A DNA stretch of 64,000 bases from contig JBHGNT010000011.1 in the NCBI GenBank assembly GCA_043228905.1, forward strand, positions 18,538,001-18,602,000, in the 5' to 3' direction. This document shows, piece after piece, positions 12,406 to 24,800 of this stretch; position 1 is the stretch's first letter; every line of letters starts with the position of its first letter. The DNA comes from Azolla caroliniana. Taxonomy: Eukaryota > Plantae > Polypodiophyta. The notes beneath the pieces are model-generated. The model ran no database searches. It saw only the letters and a program-made list of their open reading frames with translations, and was not told where the DNA came from. Both the position numbers and the translations under genes were made by a program.

Positions 12406-15400
12406 ATGGCGTCGCCTTCAGTCCTCGCTGTTCGTGGAAGTGCATTATCTCCTGTTCCTCTTTCCACCCTCCCTGCTCGAGAACTTAATTCCCAGGCATT
12501 CCCACAGTGCTACTGCTCTCGCCGCTTCATCTGGAGCTTCGCTGCCGCCATCGCTGCCCCTGCAACAACTCTGCTACCCCTTCCTCTTCCTGCGCTGGCT
12601 CGTGACCGCAGAAACAAGAAAGACATCCCCATCGACGAATACCAAACCAACAGTAAGAGGCTCTCCTTTTTTTTTTTTCTTTCTATCTTTATGTATTTCT
12701 TTCTATTGGCAGTGATCGCAATGATAAGAAGAGCTTTATTTATGAGAAACCTGTTTTTGCGTTTTCAACTAATCAAATTACCTACTATTCGTCATAGTTA
12801 CATAGATCAGGTTCATGCCAAAATCCCCCCCTTTTTATCTGTTTATCAAAACACACGCTAGTTTAGATTCTCGATAGTGTTTTGGATTATTATGCGACTG
12901 ATTCACATAAAAATCTAGTTTTACACAGAGAAACACATAAAATATTGCCAATTTTGCGTAAGGGCAAAATGTCTGGAATGCCAGTTCTTTGTATTGTTAA
13001 TTCTCAAAACAAAATACGCTATATCTAAGGTTTCCTATATCCCATGTAAACAAGAGAAGCATTCTGGTCAAACGTTACTAGAATCCAAAATTTGTATCCA
13101 TGAAAGCTTTCTTCTTATAGATATGCACCTGAATTTAGAGACGATGTAAGGCTATTCCTCTCCTTCATGTGGAAGAGGGTTCAAATGCTCCAACATCTCT
13201 TATTGCTATAATTTGGAGAGATTGTTGAATGGCAAGTTTTTCTCTGCATGACAGACAAAAGGATCGTAAAGTCAAATTAATAGAAGAGGCCATATGACCT
13301 AATAACATTTCTAGATGACAATAACCAAACTTATATTTTGCTCACCCCATATAATTATTGTCAATGTGTATGTGATCAATATACATACTAGTGTACAAAT
13401 GACTCATCACTCTAAGAGGGTACAAGATGTAAGCAGTGCTTTGAATAGTTGACAAATTCAGTCCCATTGTGTATGTAGATAGAGTTGTTTCATTTCTACA
13501 AGCATTGGGACATTGATGAATGCATAATGTACATATTTGATTCATATCTCGACTTAATCTACAACAAAGAACATTCTTACCTTCAAAAAGGGGGGTGCAT
13601 TAGTTGAGTGTTTCTCCAATCCACTTCATGAACTTTTGTTGATGAATTGCTAGTCACAATGTGTTATCTTCCAGGATGACCAATGTTATGAGGGTGAAGT
13701 AAACATGAGCATTTTTAATTCAGAAAAAGGAAGTAGATGGTATGGCTCTAGATTTTGAGACCATGTAGACATATGGTGTGTTTTATTTTGCTTAAGAGAG
13801 TGGCATAGAACAAGAAAAACTGAAGATGACATTGTAATATATAGCGACATGCCGAAAATTTGTTTATCTTTGTACACAAGTACAATTATTGCCATGGATT
13901 GTAGGTGTATTTTTAAGCTGAGAGAGTTTTAAGGTTGATCTTTGTCTCTAAGAGGTTTACCATATTTTCTCCATTATTTCTTTTCATTCCCTCAATCAGT
14001 TCACTTGCATAAGAGACCACAGTAGCTGCCAATTTACCCTGATTGTAATTATTTACAAAATAGCCTATTTTCTCATAGTTGACGCATTTACTGGGAAAAT
14101 ATATAAATTGCTCATGAAGAATATATTCTCTGTCTTTCTTTTGTCATCTCTCACTTTTATTTTGGTAAAACAGGGAACATCTATGTTATTACAATTAACA
14201 TACAAAGATATTGTGGTTTTAAGCGAACACTATATTCTCTATTTCTTTCTCAGAAAAAAGGAGAACCTTATATGGTTCAAACGTCAAGGCTAATCATCCC
14301 CTTCTTTGACAGCATACTTGAGGAGTTCAGAGCCCTCGTAGTGACGATATAGACAATGCCCAGTAAATAGAATGAAGGTCATTTCAAGATTATACCATTT
14401 TGTACTAACACGACTGTTATTTCCTCAACAAATCTGTACACCACTCCACATGAAAGCTAGAAGGAACGTACCTCCCGTGGCAGATTAGTTGGTAAAGATG
14501 TAACTCGTAAGAGGGAAGGATGCATAAGATGAAGAACTTTGTATGGTGGTTTGTTTTCAGGACTAGGGAATGCAGGTCCTCAAATGAAAACCTGAACCCT
14601 ATTCATTTTATTTGTATAGTGGTGAGAAATGAGATTAAATCAATGGACTTTAATGACCTATCATTGGTGAACATTGTACACGTAAATGGCAGAGGGCTAA
14701 GTAACGTTTTGGAAATACTTGCTAACTTGTGACCTTTAATACAATCTCGTGAAATCATGCCACAAAGAGTAGCTGGATATGCCTTCCCAGCTGTCCATCA
14801 CTTGTTTTCAGATTTTATGGACAAATGAACCTACACCCAGATCATCATCACTCTGGGATCCTCCTCCACAATCCATTGACAAGGACGACATATTCATCAG
14901 GCTACGAAGACCTATGTGGGACATTTTGGGATGCTCTAGGATCATGCCGTTTAGATTCTTTGATAGTCTTCTTCAATACTAGGATGGCCTTTTAAGCTAC
15001 AAACTAGATCACAATCATGTTTAGTTTGATCTGGAGTTGCCATGTGCTGAAGATTTCATGCATTTTTTCATTTCATTTTATTTTTCTGGAATGATTAAAT
15101 TTTGCTTTCTTTCCCCTTTCTTTTTCTCATTATTTGGGGTCCGTTACTTGTTGTATTCCTGGTTTAAGTTCTCTATTTTTGTCTTGTGAATCTTGAAAGT
15201 ATTATCTATTTGCAAAATATAATTTGGCTTGAGAACTTACCACTCGTTTCTGGCTAAACATGACAGATGATGGTTTGAAATTTTATGATTTACTTGAAGG
15301 GAAAGGTCCAATAGCAGAGAAGGGTCAATCTGTTCTGGTAATCCTCTTCTCTATTATTAATAATGGAATTATTCAGCAGAACGTTTGGAAGTTTACAGTG

Positions 15401-16661
15401 TACATATTTGTGAATGGAATTATTTCATGTGGGTTCTAGTCGGATCATTTTTTGATTTGATAACTCAATAATAGGTAACATTAAAGTTATTGTTTATGTT
15501 GATTATTTACTGTTATTATGTATGTAGGTTCATTTTGACTGCATTTATCGTGGAATTGATGCTGTCTCAAGCCGTGAATCCAAAATTTTGGGTGGCAATC
15601 GAATTATAGCACAGGTTTCTATGAACAAGTTGAAACAAAAGCAAAAGAAAAGAAACAAATTTGTATTTTACCATTCATAAGTTGAAGGATTCATATAAGT
15701 CAATAAAAAAAAATGATGATAGATAAGATCTCATAATATGTTGGAACATTGGAAATTGTAGTCTAGTAGATCAAGGACATCAAATCTATTTGGTTTTCTC
15801 AAGTATTGACATCAGGCCAATCAATTTGCATTCATCTTTCTCTATGAAAATCATAATTCACTTACCTTTCCAAAGACATTCTGGAAAACATAACAAAAAA
15901 GGCTTGCCTTCTGTTGTACTAACTGAAATTGTGCATGCAAAAGTTATTTGATGGTAAGAATTTTTATTGATATAGTACATTCTGTGTGGAAAGCTTGTAG
16001 CTCATATTTGGCCTCCAGATTTTCCATGGTGCAACAGCTAAATATTTTGATTGCTTTGAAATATAATTACTTTCTTTCATGATTTTGTCAAAGTTAAGAT
16101 TTTGTAACATGTGCACGTTTAGCCGTATGGATTTGTTGTAGGTTCAGTTCCTGGTAAAGAGAGAAAACGTGAGTTTGTAGAAAATGGCAATGGGCTATTT
16201 TCAGCACAAGCTGCACCAAAGCCACCACCAGCTTTGTATTCAGTAACAGAAGGCATGCGTGTAGGTGGCAAGGTAGCATTGCTAGGCGGTTTTCTTTCAT
16301 TTTTTCATTCTTGTGACCAAAGCCCTAATAACTTTTTGTGTGAACCACAAAAGATCTGCATGTAAGGATAAACAATTGTCCTTTTACTTGCAGCGCAGAG
16401 TAATTGTTTCACCAGACCAAGGTTATGGGGAGAAAGGTTCGAATGAAATTCCGGTGGGTTGAAGTTACTCGTCTGCTTTTTTGTAACTTAGATTTTAACT
16501 TTCTTTCAGTTTGTCCATTATTTGTTATTGCCTTGAAGAGCCATGAAGTGAATGCTTGTTATGTTGATTTAGTTACCATTTTCTTATGAATGGATTTCAT
16601 GGTATTGCAGCCAGGTGCAACATTTCAAATGGACGTAGAACTCCTTGAAATAGGAAAATAA
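12406..16661 (+). CDS. FKBP18: Thylakoid-lumen FKBP-type peptidyl-prolyl isomerase FKBP18. Exons ~12406-12652, 15267-15337, 15528-15614, 16123-16272, 16394-16453, 16611-16661
   Basis: Transit peptide plus Tat signal (SRR...ALA|RDRR). The spliced protein reads GLKFYDLLEGKGP..VHFDC..SRESKILGGNRIIAQPY..GKERKREFV..GLFSAQAAPKPPPA..EGMRVGGKR..NEIPPGATF, which matches FKBP18. Confidence 0.92.
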
Positions 16662-18153
16662 ATGCCTAATGGAGAGAGGCTCCCCTAATGTTTGGCTGTT
16701 TTGAGTGGTTGAAAGCTGCAAGTATTTCATTACTTCATTGAAAGACGCAGAGTTATGCACTTGATATTCACTTGACGTGTCCTCATTTTTTCGGTTATCA
16801 TTTCTTGGCCAGCCAATGCATCTCACTCAATATAAAGAGTTACGGATTCATAACCAATGTAGTAGAGGCAATCCTGAAGATTCATGTCTCTCTCATCACA
16901 AGAAAAATCTTGTTGCCAACGTGCCTTGAAAGATAGTCAAAAATTACCTTGCTAATTTTTTTGAAAAAGATACTATGCAAACAACTTTATAACAGTTTGT
17001 AAACTTGTAAAACTAAAATCAAATATTATTCTGTTTCAATATAATGCTCAAATCAATGACCTTCTTGTTTGATGTACGACAACAGACAGTTAATTTAGGC
17101 CAAGAGTATCATATTATCTTTTTCATGTGATAACAAATGTTTTGATTGTCTCCTTCAATAGATATTTTAAAGTTGCTTGTTGTCACATTATGTAAAGGGG
17201 TACTCTAAACGCAAAATAATATCTTTTTGGTTTTATTTTTTCTTTGGCTAAAAAAGATATTGTACCCTTTTCTAAGAACGTAAAGAATTATCTAGAAATA
17301 CAACTCTAGAGTTGAGGTGTTCTAAACCTACCCCATTGGCTTGCCCCCTATATCAAACTCACCTTAGAAATATCCTAGGAAGCTGTGATAAATTTGAGGC
17401 TCTGAAGAGCACCATGGACTTAACATTATTGAATAATAACAAGTTAACCCCTCATGACACATTGAAATTCAACCTCATGATATCGATTAGTGGCTATGTC
17501 GAGGCTCACCCAACAACGTTGCAAACACAATATTATGAGACAAAGTGAAACTCATCCTTGGTTAAATGGAAAATTTTGGTTTGCCAACAAAATTTTCTTT
17601 GATGATGACGAGGTCTTCGAGATATTCACAAGGCTATGTATCTACCCACATCAACATGGGCATCACCGATGTACTATTCATCAATGTTGAGTGTTTGTAC
17701 GACAATTGCTCCATAATAGGAATAATTAGAGTTATCAAGTTCCAATTCCCCTTTGCCACACTTGCTCAACAACATTAGTAGTGACCACATTATACACGAA
17801 GAGGTCCGAAGAAATCAGTTATGGAGTTCATAACTATGGGACAAAGTGCAACCAATGAACTGATATGAAACACAAGGAATGATCAGACCAAGGGATATTC
17901 CGTCAAATGATAGGGTCGCTTGTTAGTAGCCGCATTTCTCACAATTGATCTTTGTCTGCTAACCAGGTATGGCTACCGATCCATTGAGTTGGGGTGTTTT
18001 AGGATCCATCGGATGGTGAGCGTCCCCTTCACGACTGGCTACGCATCATCGCCCATCAGGCAGTGAGAGGGAATCCGAGGGACGAATCGGGGGAATCGGG
18101 ATCGCGGCGGAATCGGGATCGAATCGGTGAAGGTGAAGGTGAAGGTGGGGGGT

Positions 18154-18163
18154 GCCACGTGGC
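18154..18163. promoter_or_regulatory. Perfect palindromic G-box GCCACGTGGC upstream of LON2
   Basis: Canonical bZIP/bHLH site in a GC-rich promoter, followed by CT tracts and a probable 5' UTR intron (donor ~18535). Confidence 0.55.
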
Positions 18164-18303
18164 GGGAGGAGGATGCAAAGGAGGAAGGAAGGAAAGGAAA
18201 GGAAAAGCAGAAAGAACAACCACAATTGTCGTTGCTCTCTCTTCCTTTCCTGTACATACATACAATACAATACAATACAATACAATACATACATATATAT
18301 CTT

Positions 18304-18346
<43 letters not shown>

Positions 18347-18885
18347 TTCTCTGTGCAGGTGCAGGTGCTGGCACACACACGCACCTCCTTCCCGCCTCCC
18401 CCCTCTCTCCGTTTGATCGCCTCTTCCTGCTAAGATCTAACTCTTTATTTGCTTCAATGGATCTTTCCCCCGTCACATATTCTGCTTCCTTCAAACAAAC
18501 GAAGTACTAGCTTAAACTCAAGAGTCAAAACCAGGTAAAAAATCCGTTCGTCAATTTCTTCTCGTTTTGATCGCCTTTTTCGTGCTTTTTTTTTCTTTTT
18601 TCTTTTCCCTTCCTTCCTTTTTTTACCTGCTATCAAAGTCTTCATTGCGTCAATAGAGTTTTTTCCTTCATTACATGTTCCTTCTTTACATGAACCCTGC
18701 AGCTAATTAACTACTTGAATCAACCTGCTTCTTTCCTAAATTTCTTCGACTGTCTTTTCTTGGCACATCAGAATTCTTCCTTCCTGTTGCAGTACATTCT
18801 GCCAATTCAGCTGGACGTGATATATGGATGCCATCACAGTTTCTGAATATTTATAGAATCCACTAGGCTCTTAAGTTAAAAAAAT

Positions 18886-21800
18886 ATGCGAGAAGTTGTA
18901 GAGTTACCGGAGACATTGGCCATCTTGCCATTTACTAACCGTGTGCTGCTACCAGGAGCAATTGTTCAGATTCGTTGCACCTCACCTACAAGGTAGATAT
19001 TTGTATTGATATGATGTAGTCATAACAACTGATACTATCACTATAGAATCGTGAGGAACAGAACAAGGCACTGATGAACATATAAGGATACTATTCTTAA
19101 TTGAATCATGAGGAAAGCTTGCTTGATAATGATTTCCATATTACTTTACTTTTGTATGATAATAGAATGTAAAATATAACAAAACATGACAATTTTAATG
19201 CACATGTCTGGGTTTTCAATGTCGTAATTTGTCTAATATTGTGAAACATCTAGCTTTCTGTAGTTTACTTTTTATTTAGTGCTAATGGATATTTTCAGAA
19301 TAATTGGAAAAGCTTTTCTTTTAAATGTCTTGTTTGATCATTCATAATTTTGGGTCATTTGAAATGAAACAATGGAAATTATCCACTAAGATAAAGAGAA
19401 CACTTAATAGGCAGGGTCCACGACCTAAGAAACAATTATTACATATATTTCTGACTCTGGATGGATCCATATCCTGGACGAGGAGATTGGTCAGTTCTAC
19501 AGTTCGGAGAGTGGTAAAGTTAACATAGGAAAAGTAAAAAGCCACACCAGGATCTTTATCAAATGTCGAGTGGCTTTGCTTTGGCCAAAAAAGTCAATAA
19601 GAGATGAAGATAAGCAAGTTCACCCTAGGCCTCTCTATAATAGCAATTTTCTTTTGGCTCTGCTTTACTGTCATACTCCCCTTTGTCTAATAGTAATTTG
19701 CACTTTGGTTTTCTCGTCTTGTCGTTGCCACTTTCTCTCATTTAAGGAGCTGCTTGAAATTTCATCTCCTGGAACATGCAGATACCTTTGCAAACTGTCA
19801 GCCCCTTGGTAAGTTAATTGTAGGATGGGCACTTCATTTCACTTTTTGTACTGTTTTGGCAATATTTATACTGCATTCTATTTTGCTTTTCCTGTTCATG
19901 TGTTGATTGGCTACCCATATAGGCTTCTATTTCTAGTTCGCTCATTTTTTTGTAAAAGATTCTGTATTAATTATGCTGTATAGATACCAATGTTCATCTA
20001 ATGTCAAAAGAACATCTTGCATATTCTACCATGTTTAATTGGTTGTATCCATGTTTTCATTTGGATGCCTATCATAGATGCAATTTCAAACATGCTATTC
20101 GTACATTTTAGGGAGATATTCAAGTTCTAATTTGGATAACTATGATAGACGCAGACTCTAGTTCATACATTTTTGGAGATTTTAGAGTCTCCTATAGCTA
20201 CTTTATGCACTCTAATGATAACAGATGTTTTATTTCCATTCCTGAAAACCTGAAGATCATCCTTTGAGGCACATCTTATTCAGTAACCGGAAGTCATAGG
20301 ACAGCAAAAACAGTATCTTCGATTGACTCTGGTTGTTTTCATGTTTGGTATCTCTGCCCTCACAAAAGTGAACAGCAAGTGGGAGGGCTCTTTCCGATGG
20401 ATGGGAGGAGCTGACACTGTGCAACTTGAAGCAATAGGCAACACATTATCTTATAAGGCCATCACCGTAAGGAACTTAGATTTATTGCAGGTCCCATTGT
20501 GTTAGATGCCAACTCACTCTACTTCGCCTTCTTCCGCTTCCTCCCAATTTTTCAGTAATTAAATAGATCATTTTAATTCATTTGATACCAGTTGGTGTGA
20601 ACTAAGTCAGTGACCATATATTTAGTGCTTTTATGAGTTTTTTAAAAACTGTAGGAACATCTCGCAACCCCTTAACCTTTGAATTTTTATTAGTTATTGT
20701 GTATGCTTCTGGGAAAACTGTTTCTTTTTGTTGCCGTGAATTGGTTTAATAAACTTGTGGTAACTGTATTCCTCATACCCTTTACCTTTATATGTTTTGG
20801 TTATTGAGTTTGCCTTGGAAAAACTGTATCTTTTTGTTGCCATGAGTTGATTTAACACAATTTTTTGTCTGCCATCATAATTAGTCAGTTATACAGCTAA
20901 TGTGCATACATCTATGCACAAATTCACAGAAAGTTCATGTCTTTTGAATGTGCTCAAATAATTTTAATAGAAGATATCTTTTCATAATTCCAGTGTCCGA
21001 TTGATTGAACAAGAGCTATGGCAGAAGGAGGAGAAGGGATTGATTGGTGTCCTTCCTGTGAAGGACACACAAAACTCTCCATCTTCTCCTCGCATGAATG
21101 ACTCTGGTATATGGGATGCATTTTATTATGAAATTTCAGTATTGTCTACGACAAAGTCTAACAAAAGGTCTGTTGTTTTGACATTATGTTGAAGGTTCAA
21201 GTGGATTTCTTGATGAGAAAGATGCCAAAGGAGGTGGCGCCGTTGTTTCCGACTATCAGCCAGTTACCGGAAAACCTGCAAATGACTCTGCTCAGTGGCA
21301 TCCAAGGTTCTAAATCGCCTGTTTTGTTTTAAACAATACTAGTATATAGCTCAAAGGCATAGTTTTATCATGTCTTTCTATGGATGCTTATGGACTGAAT
21401 ATATAGAATTGAGATGCAAAGGTACACTGTGACATAAGCATATAATTTACTTAGTTCCTTTCTTTCCTGGTGCAGAAATACCAGTGCCCCTCCCCCCCCA
21501 AATAAAGAATTTTGACCTATCAGCATCATCATCAATGTGATAGTTAGATCCTCTAGACTTACAGTAAACAACAGACTCAGATAAAATAGCAGAGTAGCAG
21601 ACATTTATTAAAAGAAAATCTGTTTTATGATTGAATTCCATGTATTTTGATGTCTTCTTTCACCCATGCTACTAGATGACATCCAATATCCCATGCTATA
21701 AAGGGCAGTGTAAAGTTGCGATATGAATGGTTCAGATTCCAATGCAAATTCTTTATCAGCAACAGAACTCCTAAAGCTGATGACCATGTTTCAACTTGAA

Positions 21801-24800
21801 TTGGAGGATCTGCTCAAATTTCTCTTTTGTTTGAAATCAAGTTAACACATCCCATATTTATGCACAAATTTGCATTTCCTTGTTGTGGCTGCAATGCTTT
21901 AAAAAATTGTTTTACTTTCGGAAAGTTTATATGTTCTTCTAGAAACATATTAATTTACTTGGACTGTAGTTGTTACATGATCGAGTATATTCTCATCCTT
22001 CAATATACTTGGTGGTATTTTAATTTCACTTATATTTACTTATGGCATTATTTATTTTTAACAGAGGTGTGGCAGCAAGAGCACTTCATTTGTCAAGAGG
22101 AATGGAGAAGCCAAGTGGGCGTGTTACCTACACAGTAGTTCTGGAAGGATGGTGCAGATTTAACGTACAGGAAATGAATACCAGGGGCACCTATAATACT
22201 GCCTCAGTTGTGCAGCTTGACATGACTCGAACTGGTAAGTCTCAACATGTTATCCCTAGATAAACACGAGATATCATTGCCTAGAAGAAGATTAATGTTT
22301 CCTACAGTGTTGCAAATTCTCTATTTATCTTTTTATGTTGCAAATTGGACATTCCTTGGTGGACAGGAAAATAGCAACCCACCGCAATAAATAGACTTGT
22401 AGTTTCCATCTTCCAATTATGAAAGCGAATGTTTTAGCTTCTGATGGGTAATGAGACTTTGTACTACACCAAAAATAAAAAAAGCACACCCATCACAAGA
22501 AATAGAGTCGTAGATTTCAATCAGGAAATTACAAAAAAGCATTCGTTGGTTTTGTGTGTTTTCATTCAACTTCAATTGGTGGATAATAGAACTAACAGTA
22601 CTAAAAGCCTTAGTAGTGATAGCACAGTTTACACACTCATGAAGTAATGTCTCATGTAGAAATGGATCAAGCTGAAAGGGATCCTGAAGTGCAAGTTATT
22701 GCTCGACAATTCAAGATAATTGCTGGAGAACTAATTTCTTTTCTTGAGCAGGTACAGATTACTAAATTTTTAGATGAATTAGATGCATGGTGATTTCAAA
22801 TAAAAAATCAACAAGTATTAATACGTAAGTAGCATGCCACCGGATTGTATTGATATTGCCATTGCCGTAGAATACTACAATATGCATAGAATATGTATGC
22901 GAAGTATTCTAAAAGTGTTCTACTTTTTTTCTAAATACTTAGAATACGTATTCTGCAAATAAAATATGTTAAATACTTCTTGTTTAAAAAATAGTTTTTA
23001 TTTTTTATTTAAATTTTCTGGAAATGTTAGATACTGCTGAAATATGTAGAATACGCTAAATATTTGGTAGCTCTAAAACGTAGAATACGTGTAGAGTATT
23101 CTAAAACGTATTCTAAACATAAAATAGGCGTTTTTTAACAACTATAGATAATATTGTACTATTCATTTCACTTGTATTTAATGAATACTAGAGTGGAAAG
23201 GTTTAGAGTTATAGAAATTAATGCCCTCTCTGCGCTGCAGACCAAATTTGATCGATTGGACCCAAATAAAATACACACACTTGTCTGTTAGAATCCAAAA
23301 ATTTTGTTAGCTATGCACCTAACTTTGCGGGTATTAGCGCGATGTATTTCATTTGGCATATTATGCTAAGAGAAAAAGAATGAGAATTCTTCTTTATATC
23401 ATACCTTGAGCGCATCATACAGGAACAAAATATGATACGTCACAATTGACAGTCCATTTCAAAAGCACATGCAAAAATGGTTAGAAAAACATTAAAATCA
23501 TTACCATTAAAGATGATCGAGAATGGCCAACAACTAGTACTTGTTGCAATATATATTTTGCATATAATCACATTCAACTGAGATCATGCTTATGAAAGTC
23601 TTCAATTATTGCTGCTATCTCATACTAAATTTTGCATTTTCTAGCTTACCAAGCACCGTGATTTAGCAAGGTCTTAAATAATTTTATTAAGTTATCAGGA
23701 GCATGAATTTCGATGTTGATGGAAAAAACAAATTCATCACACCTCTATTGCAATGCCATCTAATCCATGCACTCTAAATATACCCAAACCAAAAGTAGCT
23801 ACTCCTATAGGAATTTACCACTCTCACAGATCCCACTGGATGAACATAAAGTGAATGAATGAAAATCTGCGAGGAGAGAATTATGCCACATGAAACAAGT
23901 TATATGACAGCTAAGGATTTGGGAGGGGCGTTTGCTATGCCACTGGAGATGGGATTGGGAAAAATGGTTGTGGCATTCTGATAAGCCAACCGAATCAGCA
24001 GTTTCCTTTGTCTGAATCTAAATCGTAGAGTTTTATTCATGAATGCATTTAGCCTTGCCGCATATAGACATGTGGACATGCTGATGGAACTGTCATTCAT
24101 TTGCTATTGACTTGTCCACAAATAACCATTTTATTACAACACAGCACTCATTACGTCTGATTGAAGTTCCTTGCTCACAAATTTGGGGAGATGTTTTTGG
24201 CTATTTGATTGCATATATTGGACTCTTCGGCATGGGCAATTTTCTTTGGACAGTTTGGTCCTGCAATCAATTAAATTATGGTGAACCTACTTCCCACACA
24301 TTTGGGCATTCAAATTCTCCTTGCGTTCAAAATATATAACGACAATATTTAGGGGTTTCACCTCACATTAAGCTTTCAGAATATTTGTGCAGTTCTTTTG
24401 TACTCATGATAACATTTTTGGAGTAATGAATTTATTCAATGTTGCATTATTTGTTGGTTTTCTATCCTCAACCATATAAATAGTTAATCAATCTATACCA
24501 CTATTGATGTTGCTATTTCAGAAGCAGAGGAAAATTGGACGAACAAAGGTGCTACTGGATACAGCTCCAGCACACAGACTGGCAGATATATTTGTAGCAA
24601 GTTTTGAAGGGAGTTTTGAGGAACGTTTGTCCATGCTTGATGCTGTTGATCTTAAGCAACGTCTTACAAAAGGGATTGAACTTGTAACTCGTCACTTACA
24701 GGCAAAATCATGGTTGATTATATGAAAAGTTTATCTGTTTCTGGTATATTGGATTAATGGCATTAACTCTTGCTCCATTTCAATTACAGACTGTAAGGGT

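Noticed and set aside
12024-12715. Poly-E, poly-K and poly-L ORFs
   Set aside because: Alternative frames of the (TTC)n tract upstream of FKBP18.
14300-15000. Possible LINE remnant in FKBP18 intron 1
   Set aside because: Only scattered short motif similarities; too weak to call.
17194-17270. Imperfect inverted repeat
   Set aside because: Short, AT-rich and interrupted, with no TSD seen.
18039-18510. Six overlapping ORFs of 93-151 aa
   Set aside because: Produced by GA/CT and TACAA repeats in the GC-rich LON2 promoter and UTR.
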